Shown one piece after another: positions 1-11,035 of a DNA stretch of 64,000 nt. A program made the position numbers and the translations under genes. Origin of the DNA: an uncultured Planctomycetaceae bacterium (GTDB taxonomy: Bacteria > Planctomycetota > Planctomycetia > Pirellulales > PALSA-1355); the NCBI GenBank assembly GCA_963785305.1, contig CAWAUV010000007.1, forward strand, positions 1,024,001-1,088,000. The letters run 5' to 3'. How positions within the stretch are numbered: the stretch's first letter is position 1; the number at the start of each line of letters is the position of its first letter. The notes below the pieces were generated by a model, which made no database searches, was not told where the DNA came from, and saw nothing but the letters and a program-made list of their open reading frames with translations.

Positions 1-1356
1 GCGCTTCGGACAGCGCTCGCTTGCCGCTGCCCGCTTCGACAAAACGCTCGGCAAGCACGCGGCTGGTGGTGAGCAGATGAAAATCGCCATCTTGCACATA
101 AAACGAACGGATGCGATTGTCGGGCGTGTGCAGAAATAGAGCCGGCACTCCGCCGATGTCGAGTTTTTCCTCCCGCGCGGCCGGGTCGTTTTTCAGGGCT
201 TCGGCCCGTTGTCGCATGAAATCGAATCGCAGGGCGTCGCTGTTCTTGGCTTGGAAGAGCATGCCCATCGCCGCGCCCTCGCGCTGGAAGGTGTCGAAGC
301 CGATATAGGCCACATCGGCAATCACGCTCGGTCCGAGCGCTTTGGCCAGCGCACTTGCCGGGCGACGAGCTGGGTTTCGATCTGTTTGCCATTGTCGGTG
401 TCGATGCCGCGCTCGAAGGCGAAGTTTTGCAATTGCCCCTGAACCGAGGCAAGCCGTTCGCGGAGCCAGAGAAAGTTCGTGAAGCTGCCGAAGCGCACAT
501 AAAGACACTCGGCCGGCACATGCTCGGCGATCGGTTCGATGGCGATCTTGTCCGCCGGTGGCGGACCGGGCAGCGTTGGCGGCGCGAGCGCGGGCGGCAG
601 CGGCAGATTGGCGGATTCGCTCGCGCCGCCGGCCAGCACCTCTTGGAGGATCTGTTTGCGCATCGCGTCGCCGCCCGTGACGAGGCTCAGCGCCTGGGTT
701 CCGGCGCCGCCAACCGGCTGCCCGCCGGCAAGCGGATTGGGCAAGTTCAACCGCCGCGAAAGCATCCAGGTGAGATAATCGCGAACCTCGGTCGGGCCCT
801 CGTTCGGGTCAAGCATTTTTTGCTCGCGCGAGGCATATTGCCGCCACCATTCGCCGAGCAGTCGGGCATGCGCGGCCGGATCGCTTCGTGGGGCGAGGGT
901 TTGTTGCACGGGCTGCGTCATCTCGAGCGGCTCGGCGCCGCGGAAGAGAAAATAGACCGTCGTCCGCCGCGGCGCGGAAACGACTTCGCGAATGATCTGC
1001 CGCACCGGCGTCGATTCATAAGCGGGATACACGATCCGTCCCATGCGGTCGGACACCGTGGCCAGCGCCTGCGCGTCGGCGTCTTTACCGGCGCCGGTCA
1101 GCGGAATCTGTGCCCGGCCCACACCATAGGGCTCGCCGGCCACGAGCTCGATCTCGAGTTGCGGCTGCAAAAGCTGCTGCACGAGCGGGCGCTGAAAGAG
1201 CGGCCGATTGCGGAAGCCGCGCTGCGGAAACTGGGCCCACGCGGTGGCGCTTGCCAGTGAGCCGATGAGTCCTACCGCCAGCAGGGCGCTCAACACCGCT
1301 TTGGCGGGCCGGGTCGCAAGCCGCTCACGTGATCGAGACGAAATGATTGAAAGCAT
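1..1356 (-). CDS. Large secreted hypothetical protein (runs off window start; apparent frameshift near 350)
   Basis: ORF 322-1500 has a signal-like segment (AVLSALLAVGLIGSLASATAWAQ) after ATG 1356. After QIETQLVARQ it continues in another frame (SALAKALGPSVIADVAYIGFDTFQREGAAMGMLF...) to position 1. Confidence 0.7.
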
Positions 1357-1530
1357 GGCCCGTGCTCCGTCACCTTGAAGCCGAATAAAGCCGCGGAGCC
1401 GAGCCGCCGATGGCGACGCCCGCGGAGCTTCCATTGTCGAAGCATCCGCGGGCGGAGGCAAGCGGGCGCCGGGCCGCGTGAATCGAATTGCTTCCGCCAA
1501 GCAGGGCAGGGCAGTTCGCCAGCGCCGGCG

Positions 1531-2115
1531 TTACGGCGCCGGATTCGCCTTTTTCAATTTCTCGGCCGAGGCTAGGGTTTCCTCGGGCTTGGCCTTGGCG
1601 TCTTGCTCGCAGCCACTGCAACAGAGAAACACGCCCTGGCCTTCGAGCGAAACTTTCACCGGCGGGCCCATGCTACCTAGCCGATTCTCGGTGTTCACGG
1701 CGCAAAAGCGCTGACGCTCGGCGGCGGTTCGATCCTCGGGCGAGAGCTTGGCAAGCGCCTCGTTGATTTCGATCAGCTCCGCGGCCTTTTTCAAGGTCGC
1801 TTTTTCATCCTTGTGCGCGGTCGCCTCGCAGCCTTTGCAGCACAAAAACACCGGCTTGCCCTCGATCGTGAGCTTCACCGGGGCGTCCATCGCGCCCAAG
1901 AGATTGTCTTGTTCGACGACGCACCACCGCTGCCGCTGGGCCAGAGCGCGATCCTCGGGCGAGAGTTTGGCCAGCCCGGCGGCGGCCGCTTCGGCAGCGC
2001 TATCCATGGGCGCCGAGGCCGAATCGCTTTTCGATCCCGAGCTCGAAGAACAGCCCACGATGGCTACCGCCGCCACGCTCACAAGGCCCAGAAGACCAAA
2101 TCCAAGATATTTCAT
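1531..2115 (-). CDS. Putative metal-binding lipoprotein with two YHS/TRASH-like Cys domains
   Basis: Lipobox-like AIVGC, then two copies of LAKLSPEDR..A..Q..C.V....LG[AS]M..PVK....G..VFLCC.GC. Confidence 0.75.
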   Translation of the reverse strand: MKYLGFGLLGLVSVAAVAIVGCSSSSGSKSDSASAPMDSAAEAAAAGLAKLSPEDRALAQRQRWCVVEQDNLLGAMDAPVKLTIEGKPVFLCCKGCEATAHKDEKATLKKAAELIEINEALAKLSPEDRTAAERQRFCAVNTENRLGSMGPPVKVSLEGQGVFLCCSGCEQDAKAKPEETLASAEKLKKANPAP

Positions 2116-2173
2116 TGTTGTCCTCGATTCGAAAAAACAGAGTTACGTTTCGTGTGATTGCAATGCCGGCGAT

Positions 2174-4043
2174 TTACTTTCGGTCTCCGGGCGACGCCTT
2201 GTCTTGCATGTCTCCGCCCTTTTTCGCCGCTTCCTCGGCGGCGTGTTCGCGCAGCGACTTGGCCTTGGCGACCGTGGCGGCGCCCTTGGCCACGGCGGCT
2301 TGCTTGCAGCCTTCGCAGCACACGAACACCGGCTCGCCCAGGATCATCAGCTTGATCGGCTCGCCCATCGAGCCCAGCTTGTTGTCGGGCAGGATCGGGC
2401 AAAACTGCTGCGCGGCCACCAGGGTCCGATCCTCGGGCGAGAGTTTGTCGAGCGCTGCCTTGAGTTTGGTGTTTTGGTCCTCGGGCGTCGAGGGCCGAAC
2501 ATGGGCCGCGTGGGCCGATGCCTTGGTCTCGCCGCCGCCGAAATAGATCGACCCCATGGCCGGGTTGAGTCGCGTTTCGGCGTCGACCAGAAATGCCCCC
2601 GAGCCCACCACGCGTTCGCCCGCCGCGAGCCCCGAGAGCACCGGAAACCAAGCCGATTCATGCGGCCCGGTCATGCGCGGGCCCAGCTTCACGAGCACTC
2701 CCTCGAACACGCCCGGAGTGGTCTCGCGATACACGATCGTTTGCGTTCCGGTGTCGATCACCGCAGCTTCGGGCACGGCGAGCACTCGGCCCTGGTCGAG
2801 CATTTGCGACACGATGCCGCCCGACTCGGCCAAGCGGCGAAACATGGCCAGCTTGCGAACCGGCACATTGATCGAGACCGTGGCGGTGCTGCCCGGGCGA
2901 AGCTTATGGCCCGGGTTTTCGAGTTCGAATCGCACGCTCACGGTTCGGGTGTCTTGATCCACATGCGGATAGATAAAGGCCAGCGTGCCATGAAACGGTT
3001 CGCCGGCAAAGGCCCGCGTCGTGGCCACGATCGGCAATCGCTCGCTCTCGGGAAGCGGTTCGTGCGACTGCTGATCGGCCGGAAGGAATTCGAGATCGTC
3101 TTCATACACTTGGGCCTGAATCCAGACCGTCGACAGGTCGGCGATATCGTAGAGCGGCGAGCCTTCTTGCACATATTGGCCTTCGCGCACATATTTCTTG
3201 ATCACATGTCCGGAGATCGGCGAATGAATCGTAAGCTCGATATTCGGCTTGCCGCGCGTGAGCATGGCGTCGATCTGCTCCGAATCGATGCCGAGCAGCT
3301 CGAGTCGACGCGTGGCGCTCGCCAAGTCGGCGCTCGAATGCGCGCGGCGAGCGTCGAGCAGGTTTTGCTCCGTCACCACGAGCTCGGGACTGTACAGCAG
3401 CGCCAGGGCATCGCCGCGAGCGACCATCTGGCCGGTTTCGTCGACAAAGAGCTTGTCGATCCGCGCTTACGCGGGCCGCCACCGTGCGCTGGCCGCGTTC
3501 GTTGAATTCCACATAGCCGATGGCATCGATCTGCTTGGTAAGCTCCTGGTAATCGACCGGCACGGTCTCGACGCCGGCGAGCACCACGCGATAGGGCGAG
3601 AGCTGCACCCGATTCACCACTCCGGCCGGCAGGGCGATGTCGCTTTGCTCGCCCTTCTTGCGCCTCGAGAGCGGCATGAAGCAGATCGGGCATTTGTCGC
3701 GTGGATTGTCTCGCACCACCGTGGGATGCATTGGGCAGAACCACTCGACATCGCTCGCCGTGGCTCGCTCGACCGTTTCGGGACGCGCGAATCGATCGTA
3801 ATACGCGGCGAGCGTGTCCCACTGCGTGATCACCAAGCCGATCACGGCCAACACGCCGATAAACCGCAGCCGCGCCAGCTTGACGAGAATAATGAAATCG
3901 AACCACCACCAAGCCTTGCGCCAGCCAGTGAGCCCCGGCGGAGCGCGAAGGCCGCCTTCGTCGCCCTCGAGACTCGCGCCTGCCTCGCGAGGTTTCTTCG
4001 CCGGCGTTGGGTCCGACGCCGGGGTATTTTCCTTGATTGTCAT
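2174..4043 (-). CDS. CusB-like efflux RND periplasmic adaptor with heavy-metal-binding domain and C-terminal Cys domain (frameshift ~3465)
   Basis: N-part has a TM helix and WFCPMHP...KCPICFMPL. C-part has IHSPISGHV, LYDIADLSTVWI, VDQDTRTVSVRFELENP, LAVPEAAVIDTG and GAFLVDAETRL, and ends with FCPIL...LGSMG...VFVCCEGC. Confidence 0.85.
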
Positions 4044-4137
4044 GCGTGAGAATCTCCTCTCGAAGGCGAGACGATGCTCGCCTAACACGGCGGTGTTGAT
4101 GACGCGCCGCCAATCGGACTCGCGACTCGCGAGCCGA

Positions 4138-4659
4138 TCAATAGGTTTTGGCTTCGAGCCCGACTTTAGCCAGCGCGCCGATCAATTCACCGATGGTCGC
4201 CTTGCCTTCGCTGGTGAACTGCACGGAAATAGCGTGCTGTCCCGTAAATGGGCTCACTTGGGCCACGCCAGGTAGCTTGGCGAGCGCCGCGCGGACGCTG
4301 GCCGCCGAGGCTTCGTCCTTGAGGCCGGGCACACTGAGCGATAACCAGCTTCCATAGTGCATGCCGGCGCCCATCATATGCGGCGTGGCGGCGATGGCCT
4401 CCGCGATTTGCTGGGCGGAGACGCGCTGTTCATCGAAATCGATCTTCGCGCTTTTGGTCGCGTAGTCGACTTTCGCCGAACGCACGCCCTCGAGTTTCCG
4501 GAGCGACGATTCGACTGTTCGCGAGCAGGGAGGGCAATGCAAGCCCGTGATGGAAAAAGTGGCTCGGGTAGCCGCCGAGGCTTGCCGTGCATCGGCGGCT
4601 TGCGCCGTTGAACTGGCCACGGCGGCGAACCCCACGCAGAAAAATGCAATACGCATCAT
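4138..4659 (-). CDS. Secreted heavy-metal-associated (HMA) domain protein, CopZ/MerP-like, two HMA-like folds
   Basis: Signal peptide, then ITGLHCPPCSRTVESSLRKLEGV; second copy SVPGLKDEASAASVRAALAKLPGV lacks CxxC. Confidence 0.85.
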   Translation of the reverse strand: MMRIAFFCVGFAAVASSTAQAADARQASAATRATFSITGLHCPPCSRTVESSLRKLEGVRSAKVDYATKSAKIDFDEQRVSAQQIAEAIAATPHMMGAGMHYGSWLSLSVPGLKDEASAASVRAALAKLPGVAQVSPFTGQHAISVQFTSEGKATIGELIGALAKVGLEAKTY

Positions 4660-4803
4660 GGTTCAAACTCCCCGTCAGGGCATCGTGTTTGGGCAAAATG
4701 GCGCGCGGACAATGCAAATCGACCCTCGCGATCTCATCCGCGCTCAAACGGCGTTGAACACTCTGGCTCGCGACGGAAAACAGCGCGGCGCACGCGCGAC
4801 ATG

Positions 4804-4850
4804 CAACACGAGCGCGGCCAACACGAGCGCGGCCAACACGAGCGCGGCCA
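4804..4850. repeat. 3 x 15-bp tandem repeat (CAACACGAGCGCGGC)
   Basis: Three exact copies read directly from the sequence. Confidence 0.95.
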
Positions 4851-4870
4851 GAGAGCCGCTCGCCCGATGG

Positions 4871-5292
4871 TCAGGTCTGGATGCGCACCCGCTGCAGTTG
4901 CAGGGTGGAGTGCGGCGCGCAACGGCCGCCGCGAGCTCTTCGGCGCGGCGCGCTGCGGCGGCGCACCGAGCGGCGAGCGATATCGGCGATTCGGCGAACA
5001 GGCTAACGACCTGTTCCAGGTCGTGCCCTCGGCGCGGGCTCGAAGAGGCCGGCGGCGCCACCGGCCGCGACGTTTGCCCGCAACAGGCCATGCCGCAGCG
5101 CTTGCCATCGCATGCGTTGCCGCGGCAGCACTTGCGCGGGCTCGTTGCGTTTCTTGCCGCTTGGCGGCATGGCGCCGTGCGTGACACGCCGGAAGCAGAA
5201 TTCTCAAAGGCAACGCCCGAGCAGGGGCACGCGCCGGCCAGAGTCAAGCCGATGACAAGCATCGGAACAAGCAGAACTCGCGGCATGTTCAT
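4871..5292 (-). CDS. Small Cys-rich secreted protein (probable frameshift ~4915)
   Basis: MNMPRVLLVPMLVIGLTLAGACPC...KCCRGNACDGKRCGMACCGQ; a shifted frame ends STLQLQRVRIQT-TGA at 4873-4871. First gene of the metal cluster. Confidence 0.6.
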
Positions 5293-5507
5293 AATATTGC
5301 TCGGCCCTGAAAGAAGCTCCCAGCACATTGTCGCCCTGCCCGGCCGGAAAATCAAGCGCGATCCGCGCCGCCCGAAGAGTTCGCAACGCGTCGCGCGAGC
5401 GGGCACGCGACATGGTACGATGGTTCGCGAGCTTGGCTCCCCGCGTGGAAATCGGCGGGCCGTGATCGCTTTCCCGAACGTGCGAAGCAATTAGCGAGCG
5501 CTCTCTA

Positions 5508-7031
5508 ATGTCGACTCCCCTGGTGCGTGTCTCGAACGTGACCAAGCGGTATCCCGGCGTCGTGGCGCTCGACGATGTTTCGTTTGATGTCCGCTCGGGC
5601 GATTTTCACGCGATCGTCGGGGAAAATGGCGCCGGCAAAAGCACGCTCATGAAAATCCTCTCCGGCGTGACTCCCGACTACGAGGGCACGATCGAGCTCC
5701 GCGGCGAGCCGGCGCGTTTCTCCGGCACGCGCGACGCCGAACGCGCCGGCGTCAGCATCATTCATCAGGAACTGAATCTCGTCGAGCAAATTTCCGCCGC
5801 CGCCAATATCTTTCTCGGCCGCGAAATCCGCAATCGCTTCGGCCTGCTCGATGAACGCGCCATGCGCAACGCCGCTCGCGAGCTCTTCGAGCAACTCGAA
5901 TGCCGGGTGCGGCCCGAGCAGCCGGTGTCGTCGCTTCGCGTGGGCGATCAGCAGTTGGTCGAGATCGCCAAGGCGCTTTCGCTACGGAGCGACATTCTCA
6001 TCATGGACGAGCCCACGAGCGCGCTGACCGAAAGCGAAGTCGAGCGACTGTTTCGCGTGATCGATCGCTTGCGCGCTCGCGGGGTGACGATTCTTTACAT
6101 CTCGCACAAAATGGATGAAGTGTTTTCCAATGCCCAGCGAATCACGGTGCTGCGCGACGGCCGCCATGTGCAAACGGTCGATCGCGCCGCAGTGACTCCG
6201 CGCGACATTACCCACGCCATGGTCGGCCGCGAAATCGAGGAGTCGCGGCCACGCGCCCCGCGCGAACCGGGCCCGGTGGTGCTCGAAGTCGCGGGGCTTT
6301 CGCTGCCCTGGCCGGGCCACGCGCGGGCCTATCGATTGGAGAACATCGGCTTCCAGCTTCGCGCGGGCGAAATCTTGGGCATCGCCGGCCTGATGGGCGC
6401 GGGCCGCACCGAGCTGCTCGAATGCCTGTTCGGCGCGTCGCATGAAGCGCCCACCGGGCGGATCGTGCTCGATGGCCGCGAGGTCCATTTTCGCCACCCG
6501 GCCGAGGCCCGCGCCGCCGGCGTCGGCCTCGTGACCGAGGATCGCAAGCGGCTGGGCATCTATCCGCGGATGAATGTATGCGACAATATCAACATGTGTA
6601 CGCTCGGCGAAGCCGCCACGGCTGGGCTCGTGAGCCCGAAGCGCGAAACGGCCCGCGCCGAGGAGATCGTGCGCCGCTTGGGCGTGAAGACGGCCGGGGT
6701 GGGCGCGGCGATCACTTCGCTCAGCGGCGGCAATCAGCAGAAGGCGATCATCGGCCGCTGGCTGCTCACGAACCCGCGCGTGCTGCTGCTCGATGATCCG
6801 ACGCGCGGGATCGATGTGGGCGCCAAGGCCGAACTTTATCGGCTCATGGATGAGCTCTGCCGCGCGGGTCTGGCGATCATCGTCACCAGCAGCGAGCTCC
6901 CGGAACTGCTCACGGTGAGCGATCGCATTCTCGTGCTGTGCGAAGGACGAAAGACGGCCGAATTCACGCGCTCCGAAGCCACCGAGCAGCGGATCATGGA
7001 GGCCGCCACGCTGGAAACGAACGCCGCCTGA
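5508..7031 (+). CDS. Sugar ABC transporter ATP-binding protein (RbsA/MglA-type, two NBDs)
   Basis: GENGAGKS Walker A, ILIMDEPT, LSGGNQQK, LDDPTRGIDVGAK. Confidence 0.93.
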   Translation: MSTPLVRVSNVTKRYPGVVALDDVSFDVRSGDFHAIVGENGAGKSTLMKILSGVTPDYEGTIELRGEPARFSGTRDAERAGVSIIHQELNLVEQISAAANIFLGREIRNRFGLLDERAMRNAARELFEQLECRVRPEQPVSSLRVGDQQLVEIAKALSLRSDILIMDEPTSALTESEVERLFRVIDRLRARGVTILYISHKMDEVFSNAQRITVLRDGRHVQTVDRAAVTPRDITHAMVGREIEESRPRAPREPGPVVLEVAGLSLPWPGHARAYRLENIGFQLRAGEILGIAGLMGAGRTELLECLFGASHEAPTGRIVLDGREVHFRHPAEARAAGVGLVTEDRKRLGIYPRMNVCDNINMCTLGEAATAGLVSPKRETARAEEIVRRLGVKTAGVGAAITSLSGGNQQKAIIGRWLLTNPRVLLLDDPTRGIDVGAKAELYRLMDELCRAGLAIIVTSSELPELLTVSDRILVLCEGRKTAEFTRSEATEQRIMEAATLETNAA

Positions 7032-7317
7032 GCGGGCGCCGAATGGACCGCGCTAAAAACCGCGAGCCTCCTTCGCGGGCGCTCCGGGCACGCGGCGCCG
7101 GCAGTCGTCGCAATCGTCATAGCCGGCCCAATGGTCGCGCGAGGAAACCGATAAGCGTTGCCCGGCAAGCTGTTTTCCGGCGGCGGTTGCTCTCTGGCCG
7201 CCGGAGTTTAATCTAAAGGAAGGCGATTTTCGCGGTCATCGGCCGCCATCGCCCGCACTTCTCTTCCTGGTGTCTTTCCATCTATCTGCCAGCGCGGCGG
7301 GAACCGAGCGAGTTTCA

Positions 7318-8026
7318 ATGGCCGAAATTTTTTGGTACTACGCTCGCGACGACCAGCAATTTGGTCCCGTCACCTCGGTCGAGCTCAAGCGGCTTGCGAG
7401 CGCGAGCGAGCTCTCGCCGGACGATCTGGTGTGGAAAGAAGGCATGGACGAATGGGCCGCGGCCTCGAAGGTCAAAGGCCTGTTTCCGGCCCGCGATCCC
7501 GCGCGCAGGAGGCCGAAGCTCCGTCCGCGCGCGTCGCGGCGGCGGAAGGCGCGGCGCTGGCGCCGGAGGCAGCCCAGCCAATGTGGCGGCCACGATCGTC
7601 GCTCCCATGAGTGAAATGCCGAGCGGGGCCCAGGCGATGTCGCTCGCCGCGCCTCCGGCCGCTCCGCCGCCCACGGGCCCGCCCTTGGCCGGTTCGGCGC
7701 CGCCGGCGGCGCCAGGTTTCGCGCCGCCACAAGGCGCCGGCGGCTCCTCGGCCACGGCGCGACCTCCGGGTGAAAGCGCGCTCACTCCCAACCTGCGCAC
7801 CGCGATCATGGCGGCGCAAGGGATTTTGTGGGCAACCTGCGTGATGGTGATTATCCTGGGGGGCGTCTTGTTCATGATCACGATGCTCGGCGCCAAGACC
7901 AAGGCCGAGCAAGCCGATTCCGCCCAGGTGTCGGCGGCGCTGTTTATTGGCGCCTACGCGCTGGCCCGGGCCGGCGAACGCGCTTGCTTGCTGCTCGAAA
8001 GCCACCTGTCTCGCCGGCGGCGATAG
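7318..8026 (+). CDS. GYF_2 (DUF4339) domain membrane protein (frameshift ~7503)
   Basis: WYYARDDQQFGPVTSVELKRLA...DLVWKEGMDEWAAA, Pro-rich linker, two C-terminal hydrophobic helices in ORF 7361-8026. Confidence 0.8.
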
Positions 8027-8075
8027 AGGGGCCATCATTCGCCCTTGGCAACCATCGACGGAGAATTCGCCGAAT

Positions 8076-9014
8076 ATGCACGCTCTTCGCTCGATCAGGC
8101 CGCTCGTGGTCATGGCCGCTAGCCTTGCGTCGGTTCTTTGCATGCCGAACCTTTGTGCGAGGGCGCTTGGCCGCGATATCTTCGTGAACAACATCACCGG
8201 CAGCGACCTCGCCCTGGGCGTGGAGCCCGTGGCTGGGTTTCCGATTCGCGGGCCGGTCAGAACCCTTGCTCGGGCGCTGTGGCTTGTCGAGCCGGGCGAT
8301 CGGGTGTCGCTGGCCGATACGGGCGAGCCTTATCGAGAAAGCGTCGCGCTCGAGGGCACGCGATTCAGCGGCGCTCCCGGCGAGGCGTTTGTCCTCTCGG
8401 GCGGCGGCGCGGTGCTGAGCGGTGATCGGCCCACGCCCGACGCGGCTTGGAAGTTCGTCGATGGCATCGTGTTTCGCTATCGACCGATGCGGCTTGGCTA
8501 TCAGCAACTCTTTTCGCATGGGCGCCCGCTGCCGCGCCGGCCGATCGTTTCTCCCCTGGGCTCGCGGCCGGAGCTCAAGCCGCTCGAGTGGTGTCTCGAT
8601 GGCGGTTACATCTATCTGGCGGTCGAGCCGGGCCATGTGCCGCAAGACTATGCGCTGAGCGTGTGCGATCTACCGACCGGCGTTTTGATCAATCAGGCGC
8701 GACGCGTGGTGATCGAGAATCTCACGATCCAGGGCTTTCAGCTCGATGGCGTCAATGCCCACGACGGCGCGATCCGGGTCGAATTGCGCGGGCTGACGGT
8801 GCGCGGCAATGGGCGCTCCGGCGCCCGGGTGGCTGGTTCGTCGCGCGTCGAGCTTGTCGATTGCGTCGTGGGAGACAATGGCGCGGCGCAGTTGCTGGTC
8901 AATGGCTATTCGCGGGCCGAGGCTTTTCGCTGTGAGCTGATTCCCAACACGGCGCCGGCTTTCGTCGAGCGGGGCGGGCTCCTCTGGATCGATGGCCGCC
9001 GGGCGAGCGAGTGA
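8076..9014 (+). CDS. Secreted right-handed parallel beta-helix repeat protein
   Basis: Signal peptide; RDIFVNNITGSD...GPVRTLARAL; IENLTIQGFQLDGVNAHD, GNGRSG repeats. Confidence 0.75.
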   Translation: MHALRSIRPLVVMAASLASVLCMPNLCARALGRDIFVNNITGSDLALGVEPVAGFPIRGPVRTLARALWLVEPGDRVSLADTGEPYRESVALEGTRFSGAPGEAFVLSGGGAVLSGDRPTPDAAWKFVDGIVFRYRPMRLGYQQLFSHGRPLPRRPIVSPLGSRPELKPLEWCLDGGYIYLAVEPGHVPQDYALSVCDLPTGVLINQARRVVIENLTIQGFQLDGVNAHDGAIRVELRGLTVRGNGRSGARVAGSSRVELVDCVVGDNGAAQLLVNGYSRAEAFRCELIPNTAPAFVERGGLLWIDGRRASE

Positions 9015-9422
9015 TTTCGCCGAGCTTCGCAATCGGCGCAAGTGCTTGGGGCGCCGAATTCTCCAGCGCGCTGCTATTCGGCGCTCGCCGTAGTTCCTAT
9101 AATCTCGGTTTGGTTTCGGCCGCCGCGGCTTGCCACGAATCTGGGAGCCGGCGCCGGCGAAAACGACCGTGGCGATCGAACAATCTGCCCGCCCGCGAGC
9201 GGGCCGTTTTCGTTGACACGCTTTTGAGTCGAGGCTTCGCCGATCACGACTCGAAACGCAAGTGAGGGCAGGTCCGCCGGGCGCTCGCTGGCGCTTCGCG
9301 TTGAGAACGGCGAGCAAACGAGCCTTGCCAATCACTCCGAAAACTCAGTGAGGGCCGGGTAGTTATTTAATTTCAGCTCCTATCGCGGGAGCTAGCGCGA
9401 TTTCGAGCTTGAGGATGGAAAT

Positions 9423-11007
9423 ATGAAGTCGACGGCCGTGGCGACGGGACCCGAGACCGGATCGGTGGCCGATGAAAAAGTGCTGATTCTCGACTTCGGC
9501 TCGCAATATGCCCAGCTCATTGCCCGCCGGGTGCGCGAGCAGCAAGTCTACTGCGAGATCGTGCGGCACAATATCTCGGCCGAGCGCATCCGTGAAATCG
9601 CGCCCCGCGGCCTGATCCTCTCTGGCGGGCCGGCCAGTGTCTACGACGAGGGCGCGCCGAAGTGCGACCCCGCCCTGTTCCATCTTGGCGTGCCGGTGCT
9701 CGGCATCTGCTACGGAATGCAAATGGCCTGCGACTGCGCTCGGCGGCCAAGTCACCAGCGCCAAGGCCCGGGAATATGGCCGGGCCAAGGTCTCGATCTC
9801 GGGCCGCGACGATCTGCTGGCGGGCTTACCCACGGAAACCGAAGTGTGGATGAGCCACGGCGATCAGGTCACGGCCACGAGCGCCGACTTCGTTTCGCTT
9901 GCCTCGACCAGCACGTGTCCCCATGCCGCCGTGCGGCATCGCACCCTGCCGATCTATGGCCTCCAGTTTCATCCCGAAGTGACGCACACTCCCTTGGGCG
10001 GCAGGGTGCTCGCCAATTTTCTCAACCGCATTTGCGGCTGCAACGGCCGCTGGCGCCTGGCCGACTTCGCCGAGCAGGCAATCGACACGATTCGTGCTCG
10101 CGTGGGCGGCGACCGCGTGATCTGCGGACTCTCGGGCGGAGTCGATTCGTCGGTCGTGGCGGCGCTGCTTTATCGGGCCATCGGTCCGCAACTCTCGTGT
10201 ATTTTGGTCGACAACGGGCTCTTGCGCAAGGCGGAAGAAGCGAGCGTGATCGAGCAGTTCACGAATCACTTTCGCGCCGATCTGCATGTGGTGAAAGGCG
10301 AGCAGCGCTTTCTCGATGCGCTCGCCGGAGTGACCGACCCGCAAGAGAAGCGGAAGCGCATCGGCCGAGCATTTATCGAGTGTTTCGCCGATGAAGCGTC
10401 GAAGATCAAGGGGGCCCGTTTCCTCGCCCAGGGCACGCTCTATCCCGACGTGATCGAAAGCGGCGCCGCCGCCGATGGCCCCGCCGCCACGATCAAACTG
10501 CATCACAATGTCGGCGGATTGCCCGACGATTTGTGCTTTGAACTGATCGAGCCCTTGCGCGATCTGTTCAAGGACGAAGTGCGGCGTCTGGGCTTACAGC
10601 TTGGGCTGCCCGAGGACATCGTGTGGCGACATCCGTTCCCCGGCCCCGGATTGGCGGTGCGCTGCCTGGGCGAGGTGACCCGGCGCCGGCTCGAAGCGCT
10701 GCGCGAGGCCGACGCGATCGTGGTGCATGAGATCAAGGCTGCCGGTCTGTACCGCAAAACGGCCCAAGTGTTCGCGGTGCTCTTGCCGGTGCAGAGCGTG
10801 GGCGTGATGGGCGACTCGCGCACGTATGAAGACACGGTGGCGGTGCGGGCCGTGAATACCGATGACTTCATGACCGCCGACTGGAGCCACTTGCCCTACG
10901 ATCTGTTGGCCCGTGTCTCGACCCGGATCATCAACGAGGTCCAGGGCGTGAACCGCGTGGTCTACGATATCAGCTCGAAGCCGCCCGCCACGATCGAGTG
11001 GGAATAA
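9423..11007 (+). CDS. guaA: GMP synthase (glutamine-hydrolysing) (frameshift ~9736)
   Basis: [69 protein letters not shown]. Confidence 0.97.
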
Positions 11008-11035
11008 TCGCCCCCGCGAGACCGATTCCCGCTCG

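Noticed and set aside
9015..9422. Purine-related riboswitch upstream of guaA
   Set aside because: GC-rich hairpins exist, but I could not match conserved cores of purine, ZTP or ykkC-type aptamers; needs an Rfam scan.
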